From Lama glama (taxonomy: Eukaryota): a stretch of DNA of 64,000 bases. Both the position numbers and the translations under genes were made by a program. Each line of letters begins with the position of its first letter. The first letter of the stretch is position 1. Below, piece after piece: positions 24,304 to 38,625 of this stretch. The stretch spans positions 82,834,001 to 82,898,000 of the forward strand of contig CM052816.1 in the NCBI GenBank assembly GCA_028534125.1, given 5' to 3'. Below the pieces are notes generated by a model. The model searched no databases and had not been told where the DNA came from. It saw nothing but the letters and a program-made list of their open reading frames with translations.

Positions 24304-25092
24304 TTTGATGTATTTTTATTTTTTTGAGGAATCTCCATACTGTTTTCCATAATGGCTGCAGCAAACTACATTCCCACCAGCAGTGTAGGAGGGTTCCCTT
24401 TTCTCCGCACCCTCTCTAGCATTTGTCATTTATGAACTTTTGAATTATGGCCATTTTGTCTTACCATATGATCCAGCAATCCCACTTCTAGGCATATAAC
24501 TAGAGGGAACTCTAATTCGAAAAGATACATGCACTCCAATGTTCATAGCAGTACTATATACAATAGCTAAGACACTGAAGCAACCTAAATGTCCACTGAA
24601 AGATGACTGGATAAAGAAGTTGTGGTATATTTATATAACGGAATACTACTCACTCATAAAAAGAATAAAATAATGCCATTTGCAGCAACATGAATGGATC
24701 TAGAGATCGTCATTCTATGTGAAGTAAGCCAGAAAGAGAAAGAAAAATACTATATGATATCACTTACATGTGGAATCTAAAAAAAAAAGAAAAACAAATA
24801 GGGCATTATGAACTTATCTACAAAACAGAAACAGACTCACAGACATAGTAAACAATCTTATGGTTACTAGAGAAAGGGCGTAAGAAGGGATAAATTTGGG
24901 AGTTTGAGATTTACAAATGTTAGCCACTATATATAAAAATTGATTAAAAAAGTTTCTGCTGTGTAGCATAGGGAACTACTTTCAATATCTTATAATAACC
25001 TTCAGTGAAAAAGAATATGAAAACAAATATATGTATGTATATGCATGACTGGGACATTGTGCTATACACCAGAAACTGACACACAAAAAAAA
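24304..25092 (+). mobile_element. L1 3' insertion with 5' inversion (twin priming); ~24310-24457 antisense, ~24460-25092 sense
   Basis: Antisense ttttgaggaatctccatactg...ggccatt joined to sense cttaccatatgatccagc...; TSD aatatcaaatgca (24291-24303) / aagatcaaatgca (25091-25103). Confidence 0.92.
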
Positions 25093-26609
25093 GATCAAAT
25101 GCAAAGAGGCCAAGCTGCATATAGGGTCATAAGGGATTGAGTGTGAGTGAAATTAGGCATAGGTGGCAGGCATGAGTTAAATGCTGGCAGAGGTTAAGAC
25201 TGGGCCTGGATTCCCACAGGTTGTGTTGTGGGACACATGGATTGGTTCTTTCTGGAGACCAGCTCTTATAAAGGGAAACAGAGTAGTTAGCTCCACCACA
25301 GAGCAGATTAGGAGTAGAGGATCAGGTACTCCCACTGACAGCAGTAAGAAGAAAGTCTTAACACTCATGAGTTTTAAAGCCACATATGAAAAGTTGTGAG
25401 ATTTGGGAGTGTTTGGGAGTGTAATGGTCGGTGCAAAATTGAGTGAAACTCTGACCCTGTATTGGAAATTTCTGCCTTTACATCTCCAGCCTCCGTTCAC
25501 ACCTCATTCTATTTTTAAGCTACCTTGTGAAACTGAGATTTAATGTTTTGGGGGAGAGAATGCCACATGGTGCCGTTTCTACACTTAATCACAGAAGGAA
25601 TAATTTCCTTCCAAGGTCTTGAAAAACATATTTATTCTTGTTCTTAGAATAATCAGTTTTCTCAAGGAACTTTGAAGAATACACTGCTTTGAAAGATGAT
25701 TATAGAATGCATTGCATATTTAAAATATTCAGCTGATAGTATAGCTGATAATAACCTTCAAGTTTTTATCATTAATTTTAAATTGTCTATTAGAAAAGAA
25801 ATGCATACTCAGCACAGGTAGGACATCACTATTTTATTTACACATTTCTCAAGGTAACATGAAAAAGTCCCCTCAAGCTCTATATGGTCAGTTAAGAGAA
25901 ATGGCACAGCGGATAGGATCATATGGAAAGAGAATACAAATTAAAAGCGGTGAAATCCTCCATACTAATCACAAACAATATCTCCTATTAAACATTTTTC
26001 TGCATTTAATTCTTGGAGATTTTAAGCCAGTCTTGGGCAAAAGGGTAAGATAAAGCCATCAGAGACCCTTCTACTCAGACAACTTGGTAAAGGTAATTTT
26101 ATTCTAGTAGATTTTAAGTTTCCTCACATAGCATTTAGTTGTTCTTAATTATGGGGTAAGATAAGTTATTTTCTTACTTGATGCAAATTATATTTTTTTA
26201 AGTTGAAGAAAATATAGAAGGAAACTTGGTAAATATAGTAATTGGTTTAATAGGAGACCACATGCAACTAAAGGAAAACATTAATTGATTTTTCTTTTTC
26301 ATAGTCATATTTTCTCATTATCACATATTACTTATGAATATTAAAATTGAAAGACATAACAAATGCCTCTGAACCCTTGCCACAAGTAATAAAACTTAAC
26401 AAGGTATTTGACTTAGATGATTATTAGAAATACACTGACTTAGTTGTCTCTCCCTTATCCATCCCCTTACTTCCCAGACCAAAATTGAAGTTGATCATAC
26501 TATACTGTAGTCAATAATCTTATATTCTTTACTAAATACATATATGGCTAGATATGAGATATTCAGTTTTGTTTGTTTTAAATGGTCTACTATATTTATC
26601 ATGGAAGAC

Positions 26610-26976
26610 TGTACTGTTATTCCTAATGATCCACTGTGTTTCCTTTCAGGGAATCACACATTCACCTCCATCTGCCTGTGACTTGCAGTGCTACCCAGCT
26701 CCTTTCTAGCCCACTGAAGTCGGATTTGGCTATGTGACTTGTCATCTCCAAGTTGAAACTTCAAAGGACATTGCATGTTTTCTGTTCTTGCTCAGTTACA
26801 AATCAAGGTAATGACTGCTCCTTCAGCCAGGGTATCAGGATAGAAGACATGTCCCACAGAATGACAACTGCAGCTGATGTGTGACATGAGTGAGAAATAA
26901 ACTCTGTTGTTGCAATGACACTGAGATTTAAGGCTATTTGTTATCGCAGCATAATGTGGGGAAAATGATTAATACG
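26610..26976 (+). mobile_element. MLT1-family solo LTR (within antisense L1ME remnants)
   Basis: ggctatgtgacttg..gtgagaaataaactctgttgttg..cactgagattt..tttgttatcgcagcata. Confidence 0.8.
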
Positions 26977-27605
26977 CTGATCTTTCTCAACCTGCTTTTT
27001 TTCACTCAGGATAATGTTTTTTGTATATATGTCTGTACATATAATTTTAGTTCAGGGATTGGCAAACCAAAAGTAGCCTTTAATTACTGTCAATAAATTA
27101 TACCATTTTAACGTGACTTTTCCACTTAATTCTTCTCACAAACTGTACCATAAAACAATTTGGAGATTGTTTCCTCTTTTGTCTTAGAATTGTATAAAGT
27201 TATTAAATTCTGAAAAAAAATTTACACACACACACACACTCACAATGAGTCACAACCTTAACTGAAGTAATTCTGTAGTCCTGAGATTAGTATCCCTAGT
27301 CACTGGTATTCCAAATATGGAAATGAATACCTGACATAAATCTTGGAATAGAACTTTGTAACTTGAGTTTGAATTCTGGATGGTAGGTGTGACAACACTT
27401 CCAAAAATTGGGGCAAGCTAGCCAGCATTTTTTCTAAAGAAAGAGGCAGAACCTCTCTGTAAGTCAAGAGATATAACCTCACTATCTATAATACTTGCTA
27501 TTCAAAAGAGAAGATCGTTCTATTTATTGATGTAAATTACATGAAATGCAGGAATCTCAAACTGTGCATTCTGCCACAGAATAATCTAATAGTTCAAAAT
27601 CTAGG

Positions 27606-27998
27606 ACAGACCTCAGCAAACTTTTTCAGCACACAAATGTCCAGATACCAAATATTTCGGGCTTTGCAGGCCAAGAGGCAAAATTGAGGCACATATACAT
27701 ATGCACACACACACACATATATATATAGCCAATGTGTATATATACACATCACATAAATATCTGTCTCAACTACTCAGCTTTTCCATTGAAGTGTGAGAGC
27801 AGTCACAGAAAATGCATAAAAGAATGAGCATATATGTGTTTTAATAAAACTTTATGAACATGAAAATTTGATTATTCTTCTTTTGTTTCCTTTTGACCAT
27901 TTAAAAATGTTAAAAAAAATTCTTTGTTTATGTACTACATATATAAAAACAGGCAGGAGGCTGGATTTGACATGGGAGCTGTGTTTTTCTAACCCCTG
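27606..27998 (+). mobile_element. MER58-type hAT-Charlie non-autonomous DNA transposon
   Basis: cagcaaactttttt..aaatatttcgggctttgcaggcca..tctcaactactcagct..aataaaacttta..ctggatttg..ctaacccctg. Confidence 0.85.
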
Positions 27999-30900
27999 AT
28001 TGAGAACCTCAACCAATGATTGATCCTGCAATAAGGATAAAAGAATAGTCTGCACATGAGCTTTGAGGCTGTTGCTTTCTCACATGTGTAACCAAGGCTC
28101 ATGGCTCCATTTGTAAGTTTCCCAAACACAGGCATTTACTACTGAATTTCTGACAACTATTTGGAAGCCATCATAGTCAGCTATCATAAGAGAAGAAAAC
28201 GCACACTCATCTCCACCAAGTCAAAATTTCTACTCGAGGAAACAGTCTGTTAGGATTTTCAGGAAGAGGAGTCATCTTTCAAAAGTTATTTCATTTGTAT
28301 CTCTATCTTCCTAAAAGATACTACAAACTAACAAGACTACTCTCCTATACTATAAATAAACACCAAACATCTCCTTGCCATAGAGAGTATCTCTTTGTCT
28401 AAGAAATTTTTAAGAAATTTTGTATACGTATTTCATTCTTTGGTGTTGAAAGCCGCACACATTTCACCTAGGAGGCAGACAGTGGGGAGCAGTGTTTGGA
28501 AACTAGAAGGTTTATTATATTCTATTCCTGTGAACTTTTCTCCCCAAATCTCAGTGTATCAAAATTTTTGTGACTATTTTTTTGACATCACTTTCAATTT
28601 GGTGGGGGGGTGTCTAAAGTACACATAATTTCTCCTAACTCAGAACCAGCTGTTACAGTAGTAGGTCCTAGGATTTTGCTTAGTCCTTTTTTTATGTCCT
28701 ACTTTCCTCAATATTGGTTGCCCCAAACCAATATTACAAGTATCAACCTTCTAATATTTAAACAAGATCCGACCTGTTACCAATGATAACATATGGAACC
28801 ATGGATATAATTATGATTAAGAAAAATCTGAGGTCTTGCTGCTGTACTTTCTTTTTGTATCTCATTGAGTTAACTACTTACTCTCTGGTGAGATGTGATT
28901 TTATGTAATCTTTGGAACCATTTTATAATTTTTACAGAATGAGAAAACTGCCAGTCAAACCATCTGCCATTTATTTCTGGATCAATACAATTGTGTAGCA
29001 CAATTGTTCTGAAGTTCCTAGTAAACAAGGAAGAGTGATGAGTCTGGTATTGATTGGTTCATGTCATAAGCTGTCATGGAAGAAAAGAGTGCTAAAATTA
29101 CATGCACAGTGTAAAAATAGAAGGGACTGGAAAGGAAAAAATATCCGTAATCTTTACCTTTTTTCTTCAGAGTTATTTCCCAATAATATTCTGAAAAACA
29201 GTCAGTGTCCTGGCTAAAATGACCAACTTTCTAAGGCAAGTGCAGGATGGACATGTGTTTGTGTGACTAAATATTTTAATCAAAGTTCATAAACTGCAAG
29301 CAGGGAGTTATATACAACATGTAAGTAAAGAAATAAGTGGAAAACATAGAAAAAACTGTAATATTTCGTAAATCAATGTAACTAATGATTAAAAGTGACA
29401 GTCTGGCATAAAAAGAAAGTTTCATACTTATTTCCTTTTCTTTAAGCTAAGGAAATATTGACATTAATTTGATAGCTGGCCATTGTATTTCCAGTTTGAA
29501 AACATTCTTGATATAATCCAGCCTCAAGGGGATACTGCAGGCAGGATTGGATAGATTTCTCTTCCATCTTGGTTATCTTGCATAGCTCCAGAAAACCTCA
29601 ATTTTGCTTAGTTGGAAAGGCTGCACATTCTTTATTCCTCCAAGAAAGTCTAGATAAGTCACAATAAGGTGTGTCTAGCTCCCCAGGGTTACCCCATTAC
29701 TGACCCCTCCCATCCTGAGTGGACCTGACAAAGATAAAACACTGTGACTTGTAAAAACAGAACTCCACATCCTATAATTAAAAACAGAAAAAAAAATTTG
29801 GCTCTGACTAATGTTTTGTGCTCATTAGCAAGTCTTGCTTTTCCATGAGGAGATTGTTAATTTTGTTTTTTCCTCATAGATAATGATTCACTTTTACCAA
29901 CATAACTTCTGACTCTCAACTGAAGGTAAAATTTCCCTGTAGCTCAATCAAGACATTGGATCTTTAAGTCCCTGGAAGACAAGCTTTCTGGATTTGATCT
30001 CTGCAGCTGTAATGCGCAGAGTGAAAATATCATATTTCCAGCACACAAATGGTGATTTCACTAATTATTTAAATCCAGCCTGCAGTTGGCATATAGCAGC
30101 ATGCTCTGGAGATTCTCCTCCAACTTATTATTTGCAAACTCTGCTCTCTTATGCCAGATAAAACTTGAAATGTCTCCATCAATTTGAAATCAAATAAAGG
30201 ATATCACTTTCTTTCCCTGATAAATATATTTTTATCACATTAGTATTTAAAAATGGATTTGGTCTCTTAGCAAGATGGGATGTGTGATAAAATAGAGGGG
30301 AAAAAAGCAAAGTGTTGGGAAGGATTGAGTTCCCGGAAGGAAGCAATCTAGAGCTCATAGTTGGAAGCAGACGAAAGAAGTGCAAATGTACTATTAATAT
30401 TCTTAAACAACTGAAATATTTAAAGTGAAATATTAAGAACATTGTGCAATATGAATATACATATGTATCTATATATAAATAATAGCTATTTACTAGAAAA
30501 CTATTTTGAATCTTTAAACATTCTAATAAAAACCTAATAAATATTACTTTTACCCATTTTTTGCATCATTAAGCTTTTTGTTTAATTCTCCCTTGACAAA
30601 ATAAGAAATGTTTTATCTTACTATACAGTGACTTAAACAAACAGCTTAGTTAAACTTGCATTTATTGCATGAAAAGGCTCATGTTATTTCTTTCTTTTGA
30701 GTTTAAGGATGTAACTGTAAATACTGGGGGGTCCAAAAAAATTCCCGAGGCAACTTACTGCAATACAGAGAACACAGGATTTTTGAAAAGATAGTGATAT
30801 TCTTAGTGAATGTGTATATGTGCGTGTTTGATAGGAGGGGAAAGATAAGCTCTGTGAGAGGGACTCAATGTTAGCGAATACAACGAGGCACAGCTGACTG

Positions 30901-31099
30901 CTAGAGCCTGTTAGAATTGCTTCATCATTATACAGTCATTGTTTCAAATGAACTCAATTCATGCATTAGCACATATACACCAAAGGCATTGCATGTATGT
31001 TCCTACATGATTGCTTAAGCCTATGTTTTTAACTAATACATCCTCTATCATTAATTTCATGGGCTAACGTTGGAGGAAACAATGCATGCAGATAGTCTG

Positions 31100-31555
31100 C
31101 TTTTGTAGCAGATATTTTCTGGTCAACATTCACCTGCCCAATTTTTCTCTCTTTCCCCATATTCTGAAAACTGCTTCCTTCCAAGCTTTTACCATATGAG
31201 TCCTGGACAATCCTCTGGTTCTTACGTGATCCTGGCACTGGGTATGACTTATTATATCAGCTTTTCTTTGATTTTTTTTGACAAATAGGGGGCAAAGGTT
31301 TTAAAACCTCTAACTTCTGAACCTGTTGGAAGTCCTATCTTTCCATGAGAAGAAAGCTTCAAAAAAATGATGTCTCAGTGCTGAGATCATGACAGAATTC
31401 AAGTCCCCATTTCTAGTTAATATTGGGTCCCAGTGGCAGCACTGCCCTCCCTGAGGTTAGGTTTTCATTCTGCCATCAGTTGTGTAATGTAATATTATTT
31501 TCTGTGGTCCAAATTGGTCTAAATGGAATTTCGGTGACTTAAAAAAAGACTAATA
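31100..31555 (+). mobile_element. Old MLT1-like LTR
   Basis: ggtatgacttat..atcttt ccatgag..aatggaatttcggtgacttaaaaaaagactaata end motif. Confidence 0.5.
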
Positions 31556-31824
31556 TGCTTTTCTCAGGCACCAGATGCTGAACAAAATGTGTGTTGACCC
31601 TTTGGGGACCAAGTATTCTTTCTGTAACAAACAGTGAGCTTTTTGTTTGGGGGACTTATAAGAACAGCAACAAAATAAAATTAGTCAGAACAACTGGAGC
31701 ACTACAGGGAATCAGTGAAAAACTTTTAATTTTAATAAATATATAAACAAAAACAACAACAAAAATATTCAAGCACAGACACAGAACACCTCAGGGATAG
31801 ATTATCTAACATATTTTATTAGAC

Positions 31825-33690
31825 TATTTATTCATTTGTTAAATAGGAATTGAGACCTACTAAATGTACCTAATGTCCCAGGCACTAAACATGCATAGGG
31901 ATTAAACAGAGATGCCCCAGCTTCATGGAGATATACTTGTCATGGTGCCAGTGGTAGTTCAAGGTAGTCAAACAATATAAAAATTAATTCCATAATTTCA
32001 GGGATAAACAGGTTCTTTCCAAGAAATAAAAGATAGTATGCTATAATAGTGAGAAATGTATAGATGCACAAGGTGGGAGAAGATGATAATTTATAGAGCA
32101 TACTGTGGCAGAGACTGCCAGCTTCCGACCCAAAATCTATTTTTAATCTCTTATTTCATTAAAGACCGCTGGCTTAGATTCTATTTGCCAATTTACTTTG
32201 CCATGAGACTGAGTTCAGGCCAATGAGAAATACTTGGAAGTGTTATGTGGGGCTTCTGGGGAAGCTGCTTTAAGAGAGGTAAATCAGCTAGAGATGTGCC
32301 CTCTTTGCTATGAGATAATCTTTAATACAGAGCCCCTCCCCCTCAACTCAGATAATCAGGTGACAGGGCAAAACTAGCCCATCTCAACCCTACCCTGCAT
32401 ACGTGTATTATGTAAGAAGTCCATCTTTATTTATTCATTTCTTTATATATTTGGCTTTGTTTTGCTTTGGTTATATAAAAAATTAGTTTTGGTAGCCAAA
32501 ACTATTCCTAACAGGTATTTAGGAAAGCTAGCTCTGAGGAAAAACTATTTAAGCTAAGACCTAAGTGTCAAGAAGGAGCCACCCTTAGGAAGAACGTCAG
32601 AATTTATATTTCATGCCAGAAGTATTTGCTATATAGAATAGGGAACATTGCACAATAAAATTAGAAAGGTGAGCCAAGGCCATATAGGCCATAGTTAGAA
32701 TGTAGATTTTATTCTTATTCACCTGGAAACCATTTATAGGGACACTGATGAACTTTACCAAGAGAATGGCATGACATGATAAATGCTTAATGAATAATTA
32801 TACATGTATCACTCTAATTTATATATGGAAATATGACTGGGGACAAATGAGGGAAACTGAAAGTTGGAAAATACAATATATAAAAAGAGTCCAAGTGAAA
32901 TGAATGCAGAGGTGGAGTGAAATAAAAAAGATTGGTGGCATATTTAGGATTTAGAATTTGCAGATATGCTGATGGATTAGAGATGCATAAAGTCATCAAG
33001 AGAGATGACGGGCTTATTGTTGCAGGAGATTCTTTATCTCTATGCCTGCGTTTGCTGCAAATTCTCAAGCTCCTTTTCGCCTTCCTCCTCAACTATGAAA
33101 ATGTCATGCATTATTTTTCTTTGTTTTATTCATTTCTGTAATTGTAACAGCACAAATCTACACGAAGTTCTTTATTTATTAAAAATAAAAAGTTTACCCC
33201 TACTATGTACGGGGTACTGTGCTGCGTACTTAGACTGCACAGTTAAGTAAGGCTTGATGGTTACATTACTCTTAAAATAGAGATAAATGGGGAGGTGGGC
33301 ATTTAAGCAAAACTGGAATGAAATCGATATGGGTTGCAAGACGAGGGTGTCAAGAGTCCTATGGGGAAGAGCACAAAGAGATGGTGAGTTCTAACTGAAG
33401 TAGAGGGGCTCCAGAAGGACTTCATAGTTCCTGAAAACCAAGTTGAATCCAACGTGAATGGTGTGAGTTTTGAAAAAAGTGGAGGGAAGACAATTCCAGA
33501 TAGAAGCACTGGTGTGATTAAAGATGTATTGACATAAAATGATCTTATGTCTGGGGAACTTCCTACAGGGCAGTGGAAATGGAGTAGGTAAAGAGGGATC
33601 TCAACAAACAGGAAAAAAAACAAAAACAAAAACAAAAACACTAAACTTTATGCCCTACTAAGTGAATGTTGTGGGCTGTAAAAGGTTTTG
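31825..33690 (-). mobile_element. L2 fragments (antisense), interrupted by an MLT1J-like LTR
   Basis: ttcatttgttaaatag..cctactaaatgt..ccaggcact; tagattttattct; agaatttgcagatatgctgatggattag; gaaggacttcat. Confidence 0.65.
32104..32513 (+). mobile_element. MLT1J-like solo LTR
   Basis: tgtggcagagactg..ccatgagactgagttcaggccaatgaga..gtagccaaaactattcctaaca. Confidence 0.75.
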
Positions 33691-33759
33691 AAAGTGTAAA
33701 GAGCAAAAAACTTCATCTTCATCATCTTCATTAACTTCCTCGATATTCCATCTATCCTT

Positions 33760-33945
33760 GAGTTTGTGCTAGAGTCAGTGTCAAATATTTTACTTACTTT
33801 ATCTCAATTACTCTTCACAACAACCCCCGAGGGGATATTATTCTTCCCACTCTAAAAACAATAAATTTGTGGTTATGTAACAAGCTGAAGGTCACACAGC
33901 TAGGAACTGGGAAACATGGGTTTGAAATTCAGGATTTTTTTCCCC
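33760..33945 (-). mobile_element. MIR
   Basis: tcttcacaacaaccccc..tattattcttcccac..aaggtcacacagctagga..gggtttgaa. Confidence 0.75.
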
Positions 33946-36219
33946 TAGAACAAATTATTGCTTTATTATTATTGCCTAAAAAATAAGTTAAAACTTAATT
34001 AACACTCTTTTGAATCTTTTCCCCAGCTTTTCCTTTACACACTTCAAAAAGTAACCTGTTCTTCTTTATCATCTTCTGTTCAACCTAGTGTCCATTAACC
34101 ATTTTATTCATTGATACAATGACACTTTATCTATTTTCCTAGCATACATATCTATCACTGTTTGCCCCTAAATTCGTTCTCTGTGAAAAGTAAGCCATTT
34201 GTGTTATAAAACTGATAAATTATTCAATCACTAGATGTATTTGATTTAATTTTCTGTATTAATATTTATGTTTATCAATTCCCAGCTCCACTATTTGCTT
34301 CTGAAAGTAGGAACCAAGTCATCACAGATTGCTTTTAGGTTGGTTACTGAACCATTTAAAAAGTTAGAAAGAGTTTATCATGAGAAGTCAAGACTGTTAG
34401 CATGACAAAAATGGGAATGTGTTCTACTAGAATCCTCTGTAAATGCTTGTAAATCCTGTCTCTGCTTGAGCTGGGAGAGTCTTTACAATCCTCCTTGTCA
34501 TCAGATAGAAAATATCTCCATTAAAATTAATATACTTATATGTGTAATGAGACACCAGCCTAGAGAAGAGGAAAAAGTTGAGCAAATCAAGAAACTAGAC
34601 GTCAGAACCAATAGGAAAAAGAGACATCCTAGAGATCAGGACTCACCAGCTATCTCAAGATGTGAAACTGGCTGAACACATTACTAAGAATAAACGTATG
34701 TTACTAGGAATAAAGTTCCTAGTAATGTAGCTCTAAAGGAACTGCAGAACTGCGTGTATTTTTTAAGGCAGGAGTTAGTGGAGAAGATCAAACAGGAGTC
34801 AAGTATTATTTGCATCTCTACCCAAAATAGACAAATTAAAAACAAAAATAAACCCCCAAAAGCCCCTAAAATCTCTATACTACAAAGAAAATAATAACAA
34901 AAACAAAAACAGCTAGATGAAACACTAAGCATCACTTAGAAGTATATGGACGTTCAGTGTAGACAGGACAGTGAAAGAAATTTAAAAAAAAGAATTTTTG
35001 CAGAAGTAGAATGTCACCCACATTCTTACGGGATATTTTTCTTTTTCCTTGAAGTATAATGACCAAATGACCAAGGGTAAATTCAGTTTTCTGTTAATCT
35101 ACAGTTTAAAAGAAGCCAAAATTAGTTATATTGATGGAATTTACTCAGTCAACCAATGTAAATCACATTGTAGTTTCTTCATTCTGTATGGAAACTGTGT
35201 CTGAGTGTGTGCGGAAACTGAATCCAGTTTAATATTCTGTTTAATGTATAACAAAGAAAATGAAATATAGTTTTTGTAGGTAAAATATAGTAATGATGAA
35301 AACCACAGAGACTCTAATATACATCACCAACTTTTCATTTTCACAGCATGGGAAATACTATATCAAAATGACTAAATTATATTTTAAGGAATATAATTAG
35401 AATAAGAAGATTATTATATTTAATAATTAATTTTCTTCACATAGACAAAAAGTGTTGACCACAGAAATATCATTAACCACAAATAATAGAATGTTCTTGC
35501 AGTTTCTACTGCTGAATGACTTTATTAATTCAGCACTTTATGGATTTCATTATTGGAATCAAATACAAAGAACAGTCTTTGAGATATTTATTGTATTTGG
35601 GGGAAATGAAAGTTACTTACAAAAAAAATCTCTTCAAGTAAGTTGTAGAATTTTGTCGTAATTTTAGCTGCTCTATAACTCTAGCTCTTGCTGGCCTGTC
35701 ACAGAACTGAGGTTAAATAAATCCCAGATGACTGGAGCCCTGCAGGCCCATCGCATAGAAATGATTGTGAGATGTACCTATTAATCCTATAAGTCCAATT
35801 CTGCTTCAGGTATGATGTGGCAGGTGTAAGTCAGCAGAGTAAAAACATCCAGCTGACAAGATTTGCCTTTTAAAATTAAAATGCATTTTGTTAGTGTTTC
35901 CTTTGAGTTTGAATGCAGTGCTGCAATTTATAGAAAGCAAGGTTGAATTCTTATCAAGTAGTCAACATTTCTAACCTTAAATCAAGTTAATTTTTGCTTT
36001 TTCCCCCAACATGATAGAGGTAACAATAATCAGTGTAAATTGCAGAGCCCTGGGGCCCTCTATTTTTTAAATTATGTGGGTTTCCAAGATCAGCAATGGC
36101 AGTGTAGCTCCATTTTAAAAATTCACTGGAACAATGTACACCAAGAAAAAGTGCTAATACTCTTTCCCATGGTAATAGTTAAGAATTCAGATATGAAGAC
36201 TTTAAAAGTTTAAAAAAAC

Positions 36220-36590
36220 TTTTCCATACATTTTTTCATCTGGACCTCAAAAAGTACTGCCAGATAGAATGGGCAAATTATTTTTATCATTTATAGAGAA
36301 GGAAACTGGTACTTGTATCTGTTAAGAGACATGCCCGAGCAGTACAATTAGCCAGCGGTAAAGCCTGGATTCAAACCTGCATTGTGTTTTCAAGATGCTC
36401 CAGGAGGCAAAACGTTGTAAAATTGAAACAGCTCAGACTCTGAAACCACAGATTTTGGCCTCTAAATGCCACTTGTGCTTTACAGCATGTATCATAATTT
36501 CTCTTAACCCCCACTTCCTTGTTATAATATGGAGGTGATGATACTAAAAATTTTTAAGTTTGCAGTGGGGATTACAGGATGTAAAATAAC
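36220..36590. mobile_element. Two MIR fragments in opposite orientation
   Basis: atttatagagaaggaaactg..ggattcaaacc (-); cagactctgaaacc..ccccacttccttgttataatatggag (+). Confidence 0.55.
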
Positions 36591-36847
36591 AATTCTTTGT
36601 TAATAGTTATTTGTGTGTGTGTCATTTTCTTGTTTTAATACCCACATAGTTCCAACTACATTGACCTTCTCTGATAGTTTAATTAAATTTTTGTCAAAGT
36701 GATAATTTTGCTAGAAATACTTCTGTGAAAGAATAAGAAAGCCCAAACTGGCACTTCAAATGTTCTGATTTGGCTTTCTAGAACATGTATTAGGGAAAAA
36801 AGCAAAATAAGAACTGGAAGACTTAGATTCCATCCATGGTTACATCA

Positions 36848-37146
36848 TGTGATGATTATTTTTATGTATCAACTTAGCTAGGACATGGTACCCAGTTTTT
36901 GGTCAAACACCAGTCTAGATGTCACTATGAAAGTGTTTTTTAGATTTTATTAACATTTTAACCAGTAGACTTTGCATAACGAAGATTACTTTCCAGAATA
37001 TGGGTAAGGCCCATCTGGTCAGCTGAAAGTCTTAAAAGAAAAGACTGAGCTGCCCTGAGGAGGAAGGAATTCTGCCTACAGGCTGCCTTCAGACTTGAAA
37101 CTGCTACATCCTCTCTCCCCTGGGTCTCCAGAGAACCCTAACTAAT
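36848..37146 (+). mobile_element. MLT2-family (ERVL) solo LTR, internally deleted
   Basis: tgtgatgattatttttatgtatcaacttagctagg..ttggtcaaacaccagtctagatg..gaaggaattctgcct..agaaccctaactaat. Confidence 0.88.
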
Positions 37147-37334
37147 TTTACCCTCACTTTTCCAGGGGTTCAAATGAAATCAAATAGTGAGCATGGAATT
37201 GATTTAGAACATATAGGGAAAAAAGTATTATAGAAATAGTAAGAATTATTACAATAAAAACTTATCAGTTGGTCACATCAAATATGTCAGGATCTATTCT
37301 AAGGGTGTGTGTGTGTTGGGGGTGTGGGAGTAGT

Positions 37335-37515
37335 TCACTTAATCCTCAGAATACCCTGTGATACAGGTACTATTTTTCTCCCCATTTCATAGATTAAAAA
37401 ACTGAGGCCCAAGAATTTTAAGTAGTTAGCCTGGGGCCAGACACTTACTAGGGGTGGAGTCAGATGCAACTAGGAATACTGATTTCAGAGCCTCTGTTTT
37501 ATATCTGCAAACACA
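37335..37515 (-). mobile_element. MIR
   Basis: ttaatcctca..aggtactattt..cccatttcatagattaaaaaactgaggccca. Confidence 0.8.
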
Positions 37516-37574
37516 GTATGTACTACATTTCTTTAACAAATTTTCTAACTTTTCTAAATAATGATTTTTACATT

Positions 37575-38625
37575 ATTTCCTCTTACCTTGGTTTTCTAAA
37601 ATCTGCTCCATGCATTTTAATCTCAGCAGATGAACTTGTTTCCAATTCTACAGGGAAAACACAAACAGAAGGAATCAGAAGACATTCCACACGTTCCCTA
37701 CACCAGATCAGACAAGCCAGCTACTTCTGGGTTCCCTCCTGTAACCATGCAAATAACCCCTACGCCTGCATTTCTAGCCAACAACTCTACTCTTGAGAAT
37801 CACTGGAGTCTGAACTACAGTAATACTTCCCTTTCCTCATATTCTGCATAAGCAGTATTTCCAGATCTATGTATCGTTTCTCTAAATATACACATTTGCT
37901 CACATATTATCCATCTGAAACTTATAATAAAAAACACCCTTCATAAAACATGCCTTTCTAGCTACTGTCCCATTTCTCTTAAAATGATTTTGAGTTAAGA
38001 CCAGCTATTTTCACTTCTTCTCCTTCCATTTTCCATTGAACACATTCCAATGTGATTTTCTTTCCCTCCCTGCCACCCCCCATCAATTCTCCACATGGCA
38101 GGCAGAGAGAGCCACTGAAAATGCAACTCAGGTTGTGTCACTTCTCCTCTAGACATCCTGCACAGTTAGAGTAGAAGACAGAGTCAGCATGGCCCACGTG
38201 GATGGCCCTTTGTATCTGGCTGTTTTCTTCTTCCTCTGGTTCATCCTCTTCCAGCCACACTCAACTCTTCACTGTTTCCCAAATATACCAGCCCGCCTGC
38301 TAACCACAAGACATTTACACTTGCTGTTTCCTCTCCGTTGCATCTTTTTTCAGCCAGTTATCTCCATGGCTCACTCTTCTCTCTAATCTCTGTTCAAAGT
38401 TCACCAAATCAAAAAGGCCCTCCTTTCCTACTTACCCAAGAATGGCAATCTTCACTCCTCGCTCATACTCCATAGCACTCATAACCATAGGACAAATTAT
38501 ATATTTATTGTTACATCTGAGAGCTCCATGTGGAGTTCCAATCGCGCTGACATTTTTTGTTACTATTCTAATCCCAACACCTAGAACAGGTAGTAGCACT
38601 CAATAAATATTTTTTAATAAAAAAG
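37575..38625 (+). mobile_element. L2 fragments incl. 3' end
   Basis: ctcagcagatgaacttg..ttccagccacact..acttgctgtttcctct..cacctagaacaggtagtagcactcaataaatat. Confidence 0.75.

Noticed and set aside
33040..33100. Possible minus-strand terminal exon (EEEGEKELENLQQTQA*) after ttttcatag
   Set aside because: Weak polypyrimidine tract, abuts L2 sequence, no recognisable protein and no partner exons.
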